Positions 12,180-22,345 of a stretch of 64,000 nucleotides of DNA are shown piece by piece (within the stretch, counting starts at the first letter, position 1; each line of letters begins with the position of its first letter). Below the pieces are notes generated by a model. It was given only the letters and a program-made list of their open reading frames with translations, did not search any database and was not told the origin of the DNA. Source of the stretch: Macrostomum lignano (Eukaryota); NCBI GenBank assembly GCA_002269645.1, contig NIVC01000616.1, forward strand, positions 186,001-250,000, read 5' to 3'. The translations under genes were made by a program, and so were the position numbers.

Positions 12180-15100
12180 GAGTGACAGAGAGTGACAGAG
12201 AGTGACAGAGTGACAGAGAGTGACAGTGAGTGACACAAAGGGAGACGGAGAGTGGGACAGACTGATACAGAGAGTGACAGACAGTGGGACAGTGAGTGAG
12301 ACAGAGAGTGACAGACAGTGTGACAGTGAGTGAGACAGAGAGTGACAGACAGTGGGACAGTGAGTGAGACAGAGAGTGACAGACAGTGTGACAGTGAGTG
12401 AGACAGAGAGTGACAGACAGTGTGACAGTGAGTGAGACAGAGAGTGACAGACAGTGGGACAGTGAGTGAGACAGAGAGTGACAGACAGTGGGACAGTGAG
12501 TGAGACAGAGAGTGACAGACAGTGGGACAGTGAGTGAGACAGAGAGTGACAGACAGTGGGACAGTGAGTGAGACAGAGAGTGACAGACAGTGGGACAGTG
12601 AGTGAGACAGAGAGTGACAGACAGTGTGACAGTGAGTGAGACAGAGAGTGACAGACAGTGGGACAGTGAGTGAGACAGAGAGTGACAGACAGTGGGACAG
12701 TGAGTGAGACAGAGAGTGACAGACAGTGGGACAGTGAGTGAGACAGAGAGTGACAGACAGTGTGACAGTGAGTGAGACAGAGAGTGACAGACAGTGGGAC
12801 AGTGAGTGAGACAGAGAGTGACAGACAGTGGGACAGTGAGTGAGACAGAGAGTGACAGACAGTGGGACAGTGAGTGAGACAGAGAGTGACAGACAGTGTG
12901 ACAGTGAGTGAGACAGAGAGTGACAGACAGTGTGACAGTGAGTGAGACAGAGAGTGACAGACAGTGGGACAGTGAGTGAGACAGAGAGTGACAGACAGTG
13001 TGACAGTGAGTGAGACAGAGAGTGACAGACAGTGGGACAGTGAGTGAGACAGAGAGTGACAGACAGTGGGACAGTGAGTGAGACAGAGAGTGACAGACAG
13101 TGTGACAGTGAGTGAGACAGAGAGTGACAGACAGTGGGACAGTGAGTGAGACAGAGAGTGACAGACAGTGGGACAGTGAGTGAGACAGAGAGTGACAGAC
13201 AGTGGGACAGTGAGTGAGACAGAGAGTGACAGACAGTGGGACAGTGAGTGAGACAGAGAGTGACAGACAGTGGGACAGTGAGTGAGACAGAGAGTGACAG
13301 ACAGTGGGACAGTGAGTGAGACAGAGAGTGACAGACAGTGGGACAGTGAGTGAGACAGAGAGTGACAGACAGTGGGACAGTGAGTGAGACAGAGAGTGAC
13401 AGACAGTGGGACAGTGAGTGAGACAGAGAGTGACAGACAGTGGGACAGTGAGTGAGACAGAGAGTGACAGACAGTGGGACAGTGAGTGAGACAGAGAGTG
13501 ACAGACAGTGGGACAGTGAGTGAGACAGAGAGTGACAGACAGTGGGACAGTGAGTGAGACAGAGAGTGACAGACAGTGTGACAGTGAGTGAGACAGAGAG
13601 TGACAGACAGTGTGACAGTGAGTGAGACAGAGAGTGACAGACAGTGGGACAGTGAGTGAGACAGAGAGTGACAGACAGTGGGACAGTGAGTGAGACAGAG
13701 AGTGACAGACAGTGGGACAGTGAGTGAGACAGAGAGTGACAGACAGTGGGACAGTGAGTGAGGCAGAGAGTGACAGACAGTGGGACAGTGAGTGAGGCAG
13801 AGAGTGACAGACAGTGGGACAGTGAATGAGACAGAGAGTGACAGACAGTGGGACAGTGAGTGAGACAGAGAGTGACAGACAGTGGGACAGTGAGTGAGAC
13901 AGAGAGTGACAGACAGTGTGACAGTGAGTGAGACAGAGAGTGACAGACAGTGTGACAGTGAGTGAGACAGAGAGTGACAGACAGTGGGACAGTGAGTGAG
14001 ACAGAGAGTGACAGACAGTGGACAGTGAGTGAGACAGAGAGTGACAGACAGTGGGACAGTGAGTGAGACAGAGAGTGACAGACAGTGGGACAGTGAGTGA
14101 GACAGAGAGTGACAGACAGTGTGACAGTGAGTGAGACAGAGAGTGACAGACAGTGGGACAGTGAGTGAGACAGAGAGTGACAGACAGTGGGACAGTGAGT
14201 GAGACAGAGAGTGACAGACAGTGGGACAGTGAGTGAGACAGAGAGTGACAGACAGTGGGACAGTGAGTGAGACAGAGAGTGACAGACAGTGGGACAGTGA
14301 GTGAGACAGAGAGTGACAGACAGTGGGACAGTGAGTGAGACAGAGAGTGACAGACAGTGTGACAGTGAGTGAGACTGAGAGTGACAGACAGTGGGACAGT
14401 GAGTGAGACAGAGAGTGACAGACAGTGGGACAGTGAGTGAGACAGAGAGTGACAGACAGTGGGACAGTGAGTGAGACAGAGAGTGACAGACAGTGGGACA
14501 GTGAGTGAGACAGAGAGTGACAGACAGTGGGACAGTGAGTGAGGCAGAGAGTGACAGACAGTGGGACAGTGAGTGAGGCAGAGAGTGACAGACAGTGGGA
14601 CAGTGAATGAGACAGAGAGTGACAGACAGTGGGACAGTGAGTGAGACAGAGAGTGACAGACAGTGGGACAGTGAGTGAGACAGAGAGTGACAGACAGTGG
14701 GACAGTGAGTGAGACAGAGAGTGACAGACAGTGTGACAGTGAGTGAGACAGAGAGTGACAGACAGTGTGACAGTGAGTGAGACAGAGAGTGACAGACAGT
14801 GTAACAGTGAGTGAGACAGAGAGTGACAGACAGTGGGACAGTGAGTGAGACAGAGAGTGACAGACAGTGGGACAGTGAGTGAGACAGAGAGTGACAGACA
14901 GTGGGACAGTGAGTGAGACAGAGAGTGACAGACAGTGGGACAGTGAGTGAGACTGAGAGTGACAGACAGTGGGACAGTGAGTGAGACAGAGAGTGACAGA
15001 CAGTGGGACAGTGAGTGAGACAGAGAGTGACAGACAGTGGGACAGTGAGTGAGACAGAGAGTGACAGACAGTGTGACAGTGAGTGAGACAGAGAGTGACA

Positions 15101-17190
15101 GACAGTGGGACAGTGAGTGAGACAGAGAGTGACAGACAGTGTGACAGTGAGTGAGACAGAGAGTGACAGACAGTGGGACAGTGAGTGAGACAGAGAGTGA
15201 CAGACAGTGGGACAGTGAGTGAGACAGAGAGTGACAGACAGTGGGACAGTGAGTGAGACAGAGAGTGACAGACAGTGTGACAGTGAGTGAGACAGAGAGT
15301 GACAGACAGTGGGACAGTGAGTGAGACAGAGAGTGACAGACAGTGGGACAGTGAGTGAGACAGAGAGTGACAGACAGTGTGACAGTGAGTGAGACAGAGA
15401 GTGACAGACAGTGGGACAGTGAGTGAGACAGAGAGTGACAGACAGTGGGACAGTGAGTGAGACAGAGAGTGACAGACAGTGTGACAGTGAGTGAGACAGA
15501 GAGTGACAGACAGTGTGACAGTGAGTGAGACAGAGAGTGACAGACAGTGGGACAGTGAGTGAGACAGAGAGTGACAGACAGTGGGACAGTGAGTGAGACA
15601 GAGAGTGACAGACAGTGGGACAGTGAGTGAGACAGAGAGTGACAGACAGTGGGACAGTGAGTGAGACAGAGAGTGACAGACAGTGGGACAGTGAGTGAGA
15701 CAGAGAGTGACAGACAGTGGGACAGTGAGTGAGACAGAGAGTGACAGACAGTGGGACAGTGAGTGAGACAGAGAGTGACAGACAGTGGGACAGTGAGTGA
15801 GACAGAGAGTGACAGACAGTGGGACAGTGAGTGAGACAGAGAGTGACAGACAGTGTGACAGTGAGTGAGACAGAGAGTGACAGACAGTGTGACAGTGAGT
15901 GAGACAGAGAGTGACAGACAGTGGGACAGTGAGTGAGACAGAGAGTGACAGACAGTGGGACAGTGAGTGAGACAGAGAGTGACAGACAGTGGGACAGTGA
16001 GTGAGACCGAGAGTGACAGACAGTGGGACAGTGAATGAGACAGAGAGTGACAGACAGTGGGACAGTGAGTGAGACAGAGAGTGACAGACAGTGGGACAGT
16101 GAGTGAGACAGAGAGTGACACAGTGTGACAGTGAGTGTGACAGAGAGTGACAGACAGTGGGACAGTGAGTGAGACAGAGAGTGACAGACAGTGGGACAGT
16201 GAGTGAGACAGAGAGTGACAGACAGTGGGACAGTGAGTGAGGCAGAGAGTGACAGACAGTGGGACAGTGAGTGAGACAGAGAGTGACAGACAGTGGGACA
16301 GTGAGTGAGACAGAGAGTGACAGACAGTGGGACAGTGAGTGAGACAGAGAGTGACAGACAGTGTGACAGTGAGTGAGACAGAGAGTGACAGACAGTGTGA
16401 CAGTGAGTGAGACAGAGAGTGACAGACAGTGGGACAGTGAGTGAGACAGAGAGTGACAGACAGTGGGACAGTGAGTGAGACAGAGAGTGACAGACAGTGT
16501 GACAGTGAGTGAGACAGAGAGTGACAGACAGTGTGACAGTGAGTGAGACAGAGAGTGACAGACAGTGGGACAGTGAGTGAGACAGAGAGTGACAGACAGT
16601 GGGACAGTGAGTGAGACAGAGAGTGACAGACAGTGTGACAGTGAGTGAGACAGAGAGTGACAGACAGTGGGACAGTGAGTGAGACAGAGAGTGACAGACA
16701 GTGGGACAGTGAGTGAGACAGAGAGTGACAGACAGTGGGACAGTGAGTGAGACAGAGAGTGACAGACAGTGGGACAGTGAGTGAGACAGAGAGTGACAGA
16801 CAGTGGGACAGTGAGTGAGACAGAGAGTGACAGACAGTGGGACAGTGAGTGAGACAGAGAGTGACAGACAGTGGGACAGTGAGTGAGACAGAGAGTGACA
16901 CAGTGTGACAGTGAGTGAGACAGAGAGTGACAGACAGTGGGACAGTGAGTGAGACTGAGAGTGACAGACAGTGGGACAGTTAGTGAGACAGAGAGTGACA
17001 GACAGTGTGACAGTGAGTGAGACAGAGAGTGACAGACAGTGGGACAGTGAGTGAGACAGAGAGTGACAGACAGTGGGACAGTGAGTGAGACAGAGAGTGA
17101 CAGACAGTGGGACAGTGAGTGAGACAGAGAGTGACAGACAGTGGACAGTGAGTGAGACAGAGAGTGACAGACAGTGTGACAGTGAGTGAG
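12180..17190. repeat. ~5-kb satellite, 34-bp unit (ACAGTGGGACAGTGAGTGAGACAGAGAGTGACAG)
   Basis: About 147 units (5 kb / 34 bp). The 34-aa periodicity of the spurious minus-strand ORFs confirms the unit length. Confidence 0.98.
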
Positions 17191-17612
17191 ACAACGAGAC
17201 CATCTAACTGACAGACTGAACCGAACTGTACTTCGGTCGCTCGCTGCGAACTGGAGAGCGCAGAGTTCGCTCTGCAGTTCAGATTACAAAAAGCGATGCA
17301 AATCTGTGCAGAAACTGTCGCCCTTTGCCCCGACCGCCCCCCCCCCCAAGCAGCTCGGGCCAAAGATCAGCGACCGTGCAATGGTGCCATGAGCGGTGCC
17401 AACCAAGGTCGCTGCTATTAAACAATGTTCCAGCAGCTAGCCGACTTAATCCGGTCTCTGCATGCTGGGTCCCACGGCTGCCAAAAATTTCTACAGCATC
17501 TACAGCCAATAGTTGTGTTCAGTTTAATGTTTGGGGCCGAAAGCAGCCCTGGGAAGGATTGCGGATTAACTTCTTCTGGATTCTGAGCTTCAGCGGCCTC
17601 GCTGGCTTGAGG

Positions 17613-17945
17613 TTATGCTGTGTGAGATGATGCTGTGTGAGATGGTGCTTTGTAAGATGGTGCTGTTGGAGATGGTGCTGTTTGAGATGGTGCTGTTTGA
17701 GAAGGTTCTGTTTGAGATGATGCTGTTTAGATGATGCTGTGTGAGATGGTGCTGTGTGAGATGGTGCTGTGTGAGATGGTGCTTTGTAAGATGGTGCTGT
17801 TGGAGATGGTGCTGTGTGAGATGGTGCTGTGTGAGATGGTGCTGTTTGAGATGATGCTGTGTGAGATGGTGCTGTTTGAGATGGTGCTGTTTGAGATGGT
17901 GCTGTTTGAGATGGTGCTGTTTGAGATGATGCTGTTTAGATGATG
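17613..17945. repeat. 15-bp minisatellite (GAGATGGTGCTGTTT), left half of the array split by the YR retrotransposon
   Basis: Same unit and orientation as 22016-22345. Ends ...AGATGATG at the element junction. Confidence 0.95.
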
Positions 17946-18064
17946 TTAAACACGCCGGAAGGAGCCAAACGAGACAAAGTCAGTTGCGAAAAGCAGGCAG
18001 CGGCCGAGAAAGCGGATCCCAACCCCAATGATGGGGAAGGGAAGGAGTAAAAGCGGGAAGGCAG

Positions 18065-19062
18065 TCAGGTGGACGCAGCCTGCAGCTGCGAAGCCATGAA
18101 AGAAGCAGAGCGCTGGCGGCGCGACAGGGCAGAGCTGGCAGAAAAGTAGCGGAGAACAGCGTCCGATCTCCAGCCCCCAAGAGCCCGAACGTCTGATTCT
18201 GACAAGCCGATTTGATGGCAGAAGCTGGCACCCCCACGCCGGATGCTGTGGCCGGAGAAACCAGCAGCTGGAAGGCCGCACGCAGCCAGACACGCACGAA
18301 GACAGCTGATGAACTGGCTGGCTGAGAGCTCGCCTCCGTGGCCGTAGCCAAAGAACGGCGCCCTTGGGTCGCTGGCTGGTGACAGGTGCAGGTGAGACAG
18401 TAGAGCGCGCACAGGGCAGAGCGGTGACTCTTGAACAGGTGGCAGAAGAACGACATGCGGCGTCGACCCGAACTGGTTGGTCTTGGACTTAGGGAGGGTC
18501 AACTTCCAGCAGCCAGGTGAAGCCGACAGGCAGGCCCGTGAGACAGAGCGGCTGCCGCGGGTCGATAGGAAGTCGCCAAGGCGCAACATGCCCCACCAGC
18601 CCACCAGAAGAGCCGCCCAGAAGGCGGCCCTGAGATCTGCGCTTGAGATGGAGCGCGGGAGCTGCTGATGGATGCTCTTGAGGTGCTCGATGGTCAGCGG
18701 CTTCGCCTGTTTGCATCGCAGGCCGAGATGACGTTTGGCGCCGCGAAGGGCCAGCTGCACGGTGAAGTCTTTCGCTGGGTCGGGGGCGCCGGTGGCTTGG
18801 TGCAGAAAAGAGACGGCATGGATGTAGGATCGGAGGCTAGAGAAAGACCGGAGCCGGGTGCTCACCAGGTGCGCAATGTAGCGGCAGAGCAGGTCACCGT
18901 CAGCTGGAGATGAAGGGCGGCCTGCGCTAACACAGAAGGCTTCCCAGGAGCGCAGCTGGCTGAGGTAGGATCGCCAGGAGTTCTCCGCCAGGCCGAGGCG
19001 GCACAGGTGTCTGGCAGACACAGCGCGGCGGGCGGGCGGCGTCTCCGGAGGGCGAGGGCGAC
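18065..19062 (-). CDS. Tyrosine recombinase (ORF3), with no upstream ATG in frame
   Basis: Catalytic residues appear intact: R in 'MLRLGD', K in 'KSKTNQ', H-x-x-R in 'HSIRRG', W in 'GGW', Y in 'VLRYF'. Preceded by an SAM-like core-binding region ('SWRSYLSQLRSWEAFC...LRSYIHAVSFLH'). Confidence 0.95.
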
Positions 19063-20727
19063 CTGCAAAAGGAGGCGAGATTGGGAAGCGGCAGAGAGCG
19101 CGTGCGACGCGAACTCAAGCGGGCAGATCACGAGCGTACGGTAGTAGCGGCAGCAAAAGTTAATGAGCTCAGACTGCGAGGCAAACATGCGCGAGGCGGC
19201 ATCAGCAAAAATCTGCATGCGACCAGGAAGGTGAAAGGCCTCCAAACTGATGCTGTTCCTGGTGCACAGCAGAGCCACAGTCTGGTACACCTGCAGGAAC
19301 CGCGGGTCACGACAGCTCAGTCGATTGATCATGCCAGCCGCAGCGGTGCTGTCGGTGTAGATGACAATCTTGCAGTTCTTTAGCTGAGAGCGACGGTGCA
19401 GGATGATCAGCAAAGGTGCCAGAGCCTCCTTGAAGTTGATATGAACATCCTTGAACACACCACCGCAGTCCAGCTCCCAGTCGATGACACTCCAGAAACT
19501 CTCGGCACCCCAGATGACTGCGGCTGCGCCCGACCGGCTGCTGTCAGTCTCCATGGCAAACTCCTCATCAAAGCGCGGCCACAAAGGCACCGGGGGGAGC
19601 CAAGCCAGGGCTCTGAGCCACCAGGACAGGTTGGCGCGGGTCTCATCGGTCACCCAAAGCTTGCAGTCAACAGCAGTTGTCAGCCAGTCGCAGAGCGAAC
19701 GCAGGAAGACTCTGACATGAGGGACAATCTGACAGAACCAGCCAAGCTTGCCAATCAGCTTCTGAGCAGAGCGCATGTGCACCCGAGTCTCCGAGCAGGT
19801 TTGAGTCAGCAGCTTTGTCGTCTCGAGAGCTTTCTCCTCGGGCAGCGACTTGGTGCCGGTAGCGGTGTTGATGCGCACGCCAAGGAAGTCGATGCATTGC
19901 GTAGGTCTGACAACCTTGTCCCAGTTGATGGCAAAGCCGAGGCGCTGCAGGATGTCCAGCAGGCAATTGAAAGCAGCGAAAGCCTCGGACTCGGATTTCC
20001 CAGCGACTGCCCAGTCATCCAGGTAGTTCACCGTAGCAGAAAAGCCAAGCCGGTGCATGTGTCGGGTAACGGCGGCTGAAAGACGGTGAAAAACTTCGCA
20101 AGCAGCTTTGGCGCCGAAGGGAAGCCTGGTGTCGCAGAGCAGACTGTCCTGGCTGTCCGAGTCAAACCGCCAGGCGAGGCCGACGAGCCGGTAGTCAGCA
20201 GGCCTGATTGGCACGGACCTGTAGGCGCTTTTGAGATCAATTTTGGCCATGTAGTGTCCCGGATGGAGATGACGAACCAGCTGCTGGACAGTGCAGTACT
20301 TGATGTGCTTCTGTTGGTCGTAGAAGTCGTTGACAGACTGGCCGGTCGGATAGGACAGGTCATGGATCAGGCGGACCCGCCCGTCGGACTTGGGAAGGGC
20401 ACCGATGGGGTTGATTTTGATCGGGCCGCTCCACCGGATGTACCTCCCAAGGCGCAGCTCCTCCTCGACCTGGGCTTCCACAGCAGAGCGGTGCAGCAGG
20501 GCGGAGGCGTGGTTCTTGGACGAAGTCAAAGGTGGCTGGCCAGCATTGGTGAGAGCGAAACCGTTGACGACGCCTTGCATCAGAAAGTCGCGGTCTGGGT
20601 CGTCGCTGAGCAGAGCACTCCAGGCGTCAGGTTGCAGGTCAGACGAGATGGGCAGCGAAGAAGTAAAAGCAGAAAAATCGGAATTAAAAGCAGAGCAGTC
20701 AGCTGGATAAAATGGCATCAGTTTTTT
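18862..20727 (-). CDS. Reverse transcriptase + RNase H (ORF2) of the YR retrotransposon
   Basis: RT motifs 'KIDLKSAYRSVP', 'RLPFGAKAAC' and 'YLDDW'. RNase H motifs 'ETDSS', 'HINFKEA', 'IYTDS' and 'FADAASR'. No stop codons. The ORF lies in the -1 frame relative to ORF1. Confidence 0.95.
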   Translation of the reverse strand, partial: KKLMPFYPADCSAFNSDFSAFTSSLPISSDLQPDAWSALLSDDPDRDFLMQGVVNGFALTNAGQPPLTSSKNHASALLHRSAVEAQVEEELRLGRYIRWSGPIKINPIGALPKSDGRVRLIHDLSYPTGQSVNDFYDQQKHIKYCTVQQLVRHLHPGHYMAKIDLKSAYRSVPIRPADYRLVGLAWRFDSDSQDSLLCDTRLPFGAKAACEVFHRLSAAVTRHMHRLGFSATVNYLDDWAVAGKSESEAFAAFNCLLDILQRLGFAINWDKVVRPTQCIDFLGVRINTATGTKSLPEEKALETTKLLTQTCSETRVHMRSAQKLIGKLGWFCQIVPHVRVFLRSLCDWLTTAVDCKLWVTDETRANLSWWLRALAWLPPVPLWPRFDEEFAMETDSSRSGAAAVIWGAESFWSVIDWELDCGGVFKDVHINFKEALAPLLIILHRRSQLKNCKIVIYTDSTAAAGMINRLSCRDPRFLQVYQTVALLCTRNSISLEAFHLPGRMQIFADAASRMFASQSELINFCCRYYRTLVICPLEFASHALSAASQSRLLLQVALALRRRRPPAALCLPDTCAASAWRRTPGDPTSASCAPGKPSVLAQAALHLQLTVTCSAATLRTW

Positions 20728-21833
20728 GCACTTGCACCAGTCACGTGACCCGGCAGCTGTCCGGTGAGAAATGACTGCGGCGACTGCGTGTGAGCATGAG
20801 CCGGGTGCGCTGCCAGGCAGCCTTGGATTTTGCAGACGTGGCGGAACTTGCAGTTCTGGCGGTTGCATCCGGACTCGGAGTTGAAGCGCAGACAGATCGG
20901 CCTGGTTGCTGCCGGGATTTGCTGCTGGCTGGGCTGCTTAGCGAACGTAAACCGCAGGTTTCTGGGGGCGTTGAGGTGCTTGTGGTACAACTGAGGGGGC
21001 TCCTCACCCCACGCCATGCCCGACTCCGCCACCAGCCTCCGGTAGTCCTCGTCAAACTCCCAGATTACGGACTCTGGGTAGTCAGCAGCCAGCAGCTCTC
21101 CGATCTTGCGATTGTAGTCAAGGTAGCCAAGGACGTCAGTCAGGAGACCATCAGTGCTTCCAGCAGCCACCGGGAGTTTTTCCTTGATCAGCTTTTGCAA
21201 GATGATCGAGTTGGCCGCGATCCACTGACCAGCAGAGATACTAGACAGCTTCGGCTCCTGCTTTCTGAATGTGAGCGAGCCATTCTCCATAGTGGCGATC
21301 AACTGCTCCTGACTGGCTGAGCCGGATCCTCTGGCTAGCTTGATGTGGTCTCTGACGAGATGCAACTTGCGAGTCGGAGCCTGGCAATTAGCGGCCTGAA
21401 GCTGAGCCGCCTCCCTCATCCCAGATTCAAAAACCTCGGGCAACTGCAGACTGGCATGTGCGTTATGCTCACCTGATGATGATGCTGGCTGGGGCTGAGC
21501 CGTCAAGCGCTGCTGAGTGTGAAGCTGTTGCTGAAGATCACGACGACGGCCTTCCAGGACTTGCAGTTCGAGCAGCTCCACCTCCTGCCGCAACGCAGCC
21601 AGACGGTCGCTCCCCGCCCCCGGAGGCGCCTCGCCCGCGCTGCCGATGCCGTCTTCGGCGTCCGGAGCAGAAGTCATCTCGGAGTTGTTGAAGTCTTCGT
21701 CAGCTTGCTCTAAACCGAGTGCAGTAGACAAGCGCTTGGCAAGCTGTTGTTTGCGGCCCGTAGTAGGCAGGCCTCTGTTTCGCAGCTCAGCCTTGAGTTG
21801 GCGCACGGTTAGTCGCTTTGGGCTGGCACTCAT
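20718..21833 (-). CDS. Gag-like ORF1 with N-terminal SAP domain, coiled coil and C-terminal CCCH/CCHH-type zinc fingers
   Basis: ATG at 21833 in ACCGCCATGA context. 'LTVRQLKAELRNRGLPTTGRKQQLAKRL' fits the SAP consensus. 'CLRFNSESGCNRQNCKFRHVCKIQGCLAAH' resembles the zinc-finger C-terminus of DIRS/Ngaro ORF1. Confidence 0.85.
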   Translation of the reverse strand: MSASPKRLTVRQLKAELRNRGLPTTGRKQQLAKRLSTALGLEQADEDFNNSEMTSAPDAEDGIGSAGEAPPGAGSDRLAALRQEVELLELQVLEGRRRDLQQQLHTQQRLTAQPQPASSSGEHNAHASLQLPEVFESGMREAAQLQAANCQAPTRKLHLVRDHIKLARGSGSASQEQLIATMENGSLTFRKQEPKLSSISAGQWIAANSIILQKLIKEKLPVAAGSTDGLLTDVLGYLDYNRKIGELLAADYPESVIWEFDEDYRRLVAESGMAWGEEPPQLYHKHLNAPRNLRFTFAKQPSQQQIPAATRPICLRFNSESGCNRQNCKFRHVCKIQGCLAAHPAHAHTQSPQSFLTGQLPGHVTGASAKN

Positions 21834-22015
21834 GGCGGTGGCTGAGCAAAAAAATTGAGAAATGGCGGCGGAGCCAAGCCGGGCCGGGTGCAGAGGCTTT
21901 AAGCTGGCTGGCGTGGCCAACCCCCACACCTCAACCCCCCGCCAAAGTACAGCGATATGTACAGCGGCACCCTCCGGCGCGTCTAACACCCCTTACTCAG
22001 AGAGTAACGATTGCA

Positions 22016-22345
22016 CTGTTTGAGATGGTGCTGTTTGAGATGGTGCTGTTTGAGATGGTGCTGTGTGAGATAGTGCTGTTTGAGATGGTACTGTTTGAGA
22101 TGATGCTGTTTGAGATGGTGCTGTTTGAGATGGTGCTGTTTGAGATGGTGCTGTGTGAGATGGTGCTGTTTGAGATGGTACTGTTTGAGATGATGCTGTT
22201 TGAGATGGTGCTGTTTGAGATGGTGCTGTGTGAGATGGTGCTGTTTGAGATGGTACTGTTTGAGATGATGCTGTTTGAGATGGTGCTGTTTGAGATGGTG
22301 CTGTTTGAGATGATGCTGTTTGAGATGGTGCTGTTTGAGGTGGTG
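22016..22345. repeat. 15-bp minisatellite (GAGATGGTGCTGTTT), right half of the split array
   Basis: Directly visible. Confidence 0.95.

Larger units (their letters stand above)
17946..22015 (-). mobile_element. Tyrosine-recombinase retrotransposon (DIRS superfamily, Ngaro/PAT-like ORF set without a methyltransferase domain), apparently intact
   Basis: Three overlapping minus-strand ORFs: Gag-like, RT-RNase H, and YR. No TSD. The flanking minisatellite resumes in register (GATG|element|CTGTTT). Imperfect 23-bp inverted repeats lie near the ends. Confidence 0.92.

Noticed and set aside
12029-17203. 1724-aa and 1609-aa minus-strand ORFs
   Set aside because: Translations of the 34-bp satellite, whose minus strand happens to lack stop codons.
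17190-18064. Ngaro-type B1-A2-B2 split direct repeats at the YR element's 3' end
   Set aside because: No second copy of 17946-18064 or of the 5' leader was found to the left of the minisatellite.
19081-20748. Plus-strand ORFs antisense to the RT (e.g. 19396-20079, 20086-20748) and antisense ORFs over the LINE and host genes
   Set aside because: Expected shadow ORFs of GC-rich coding sequence; no recognisable domains.
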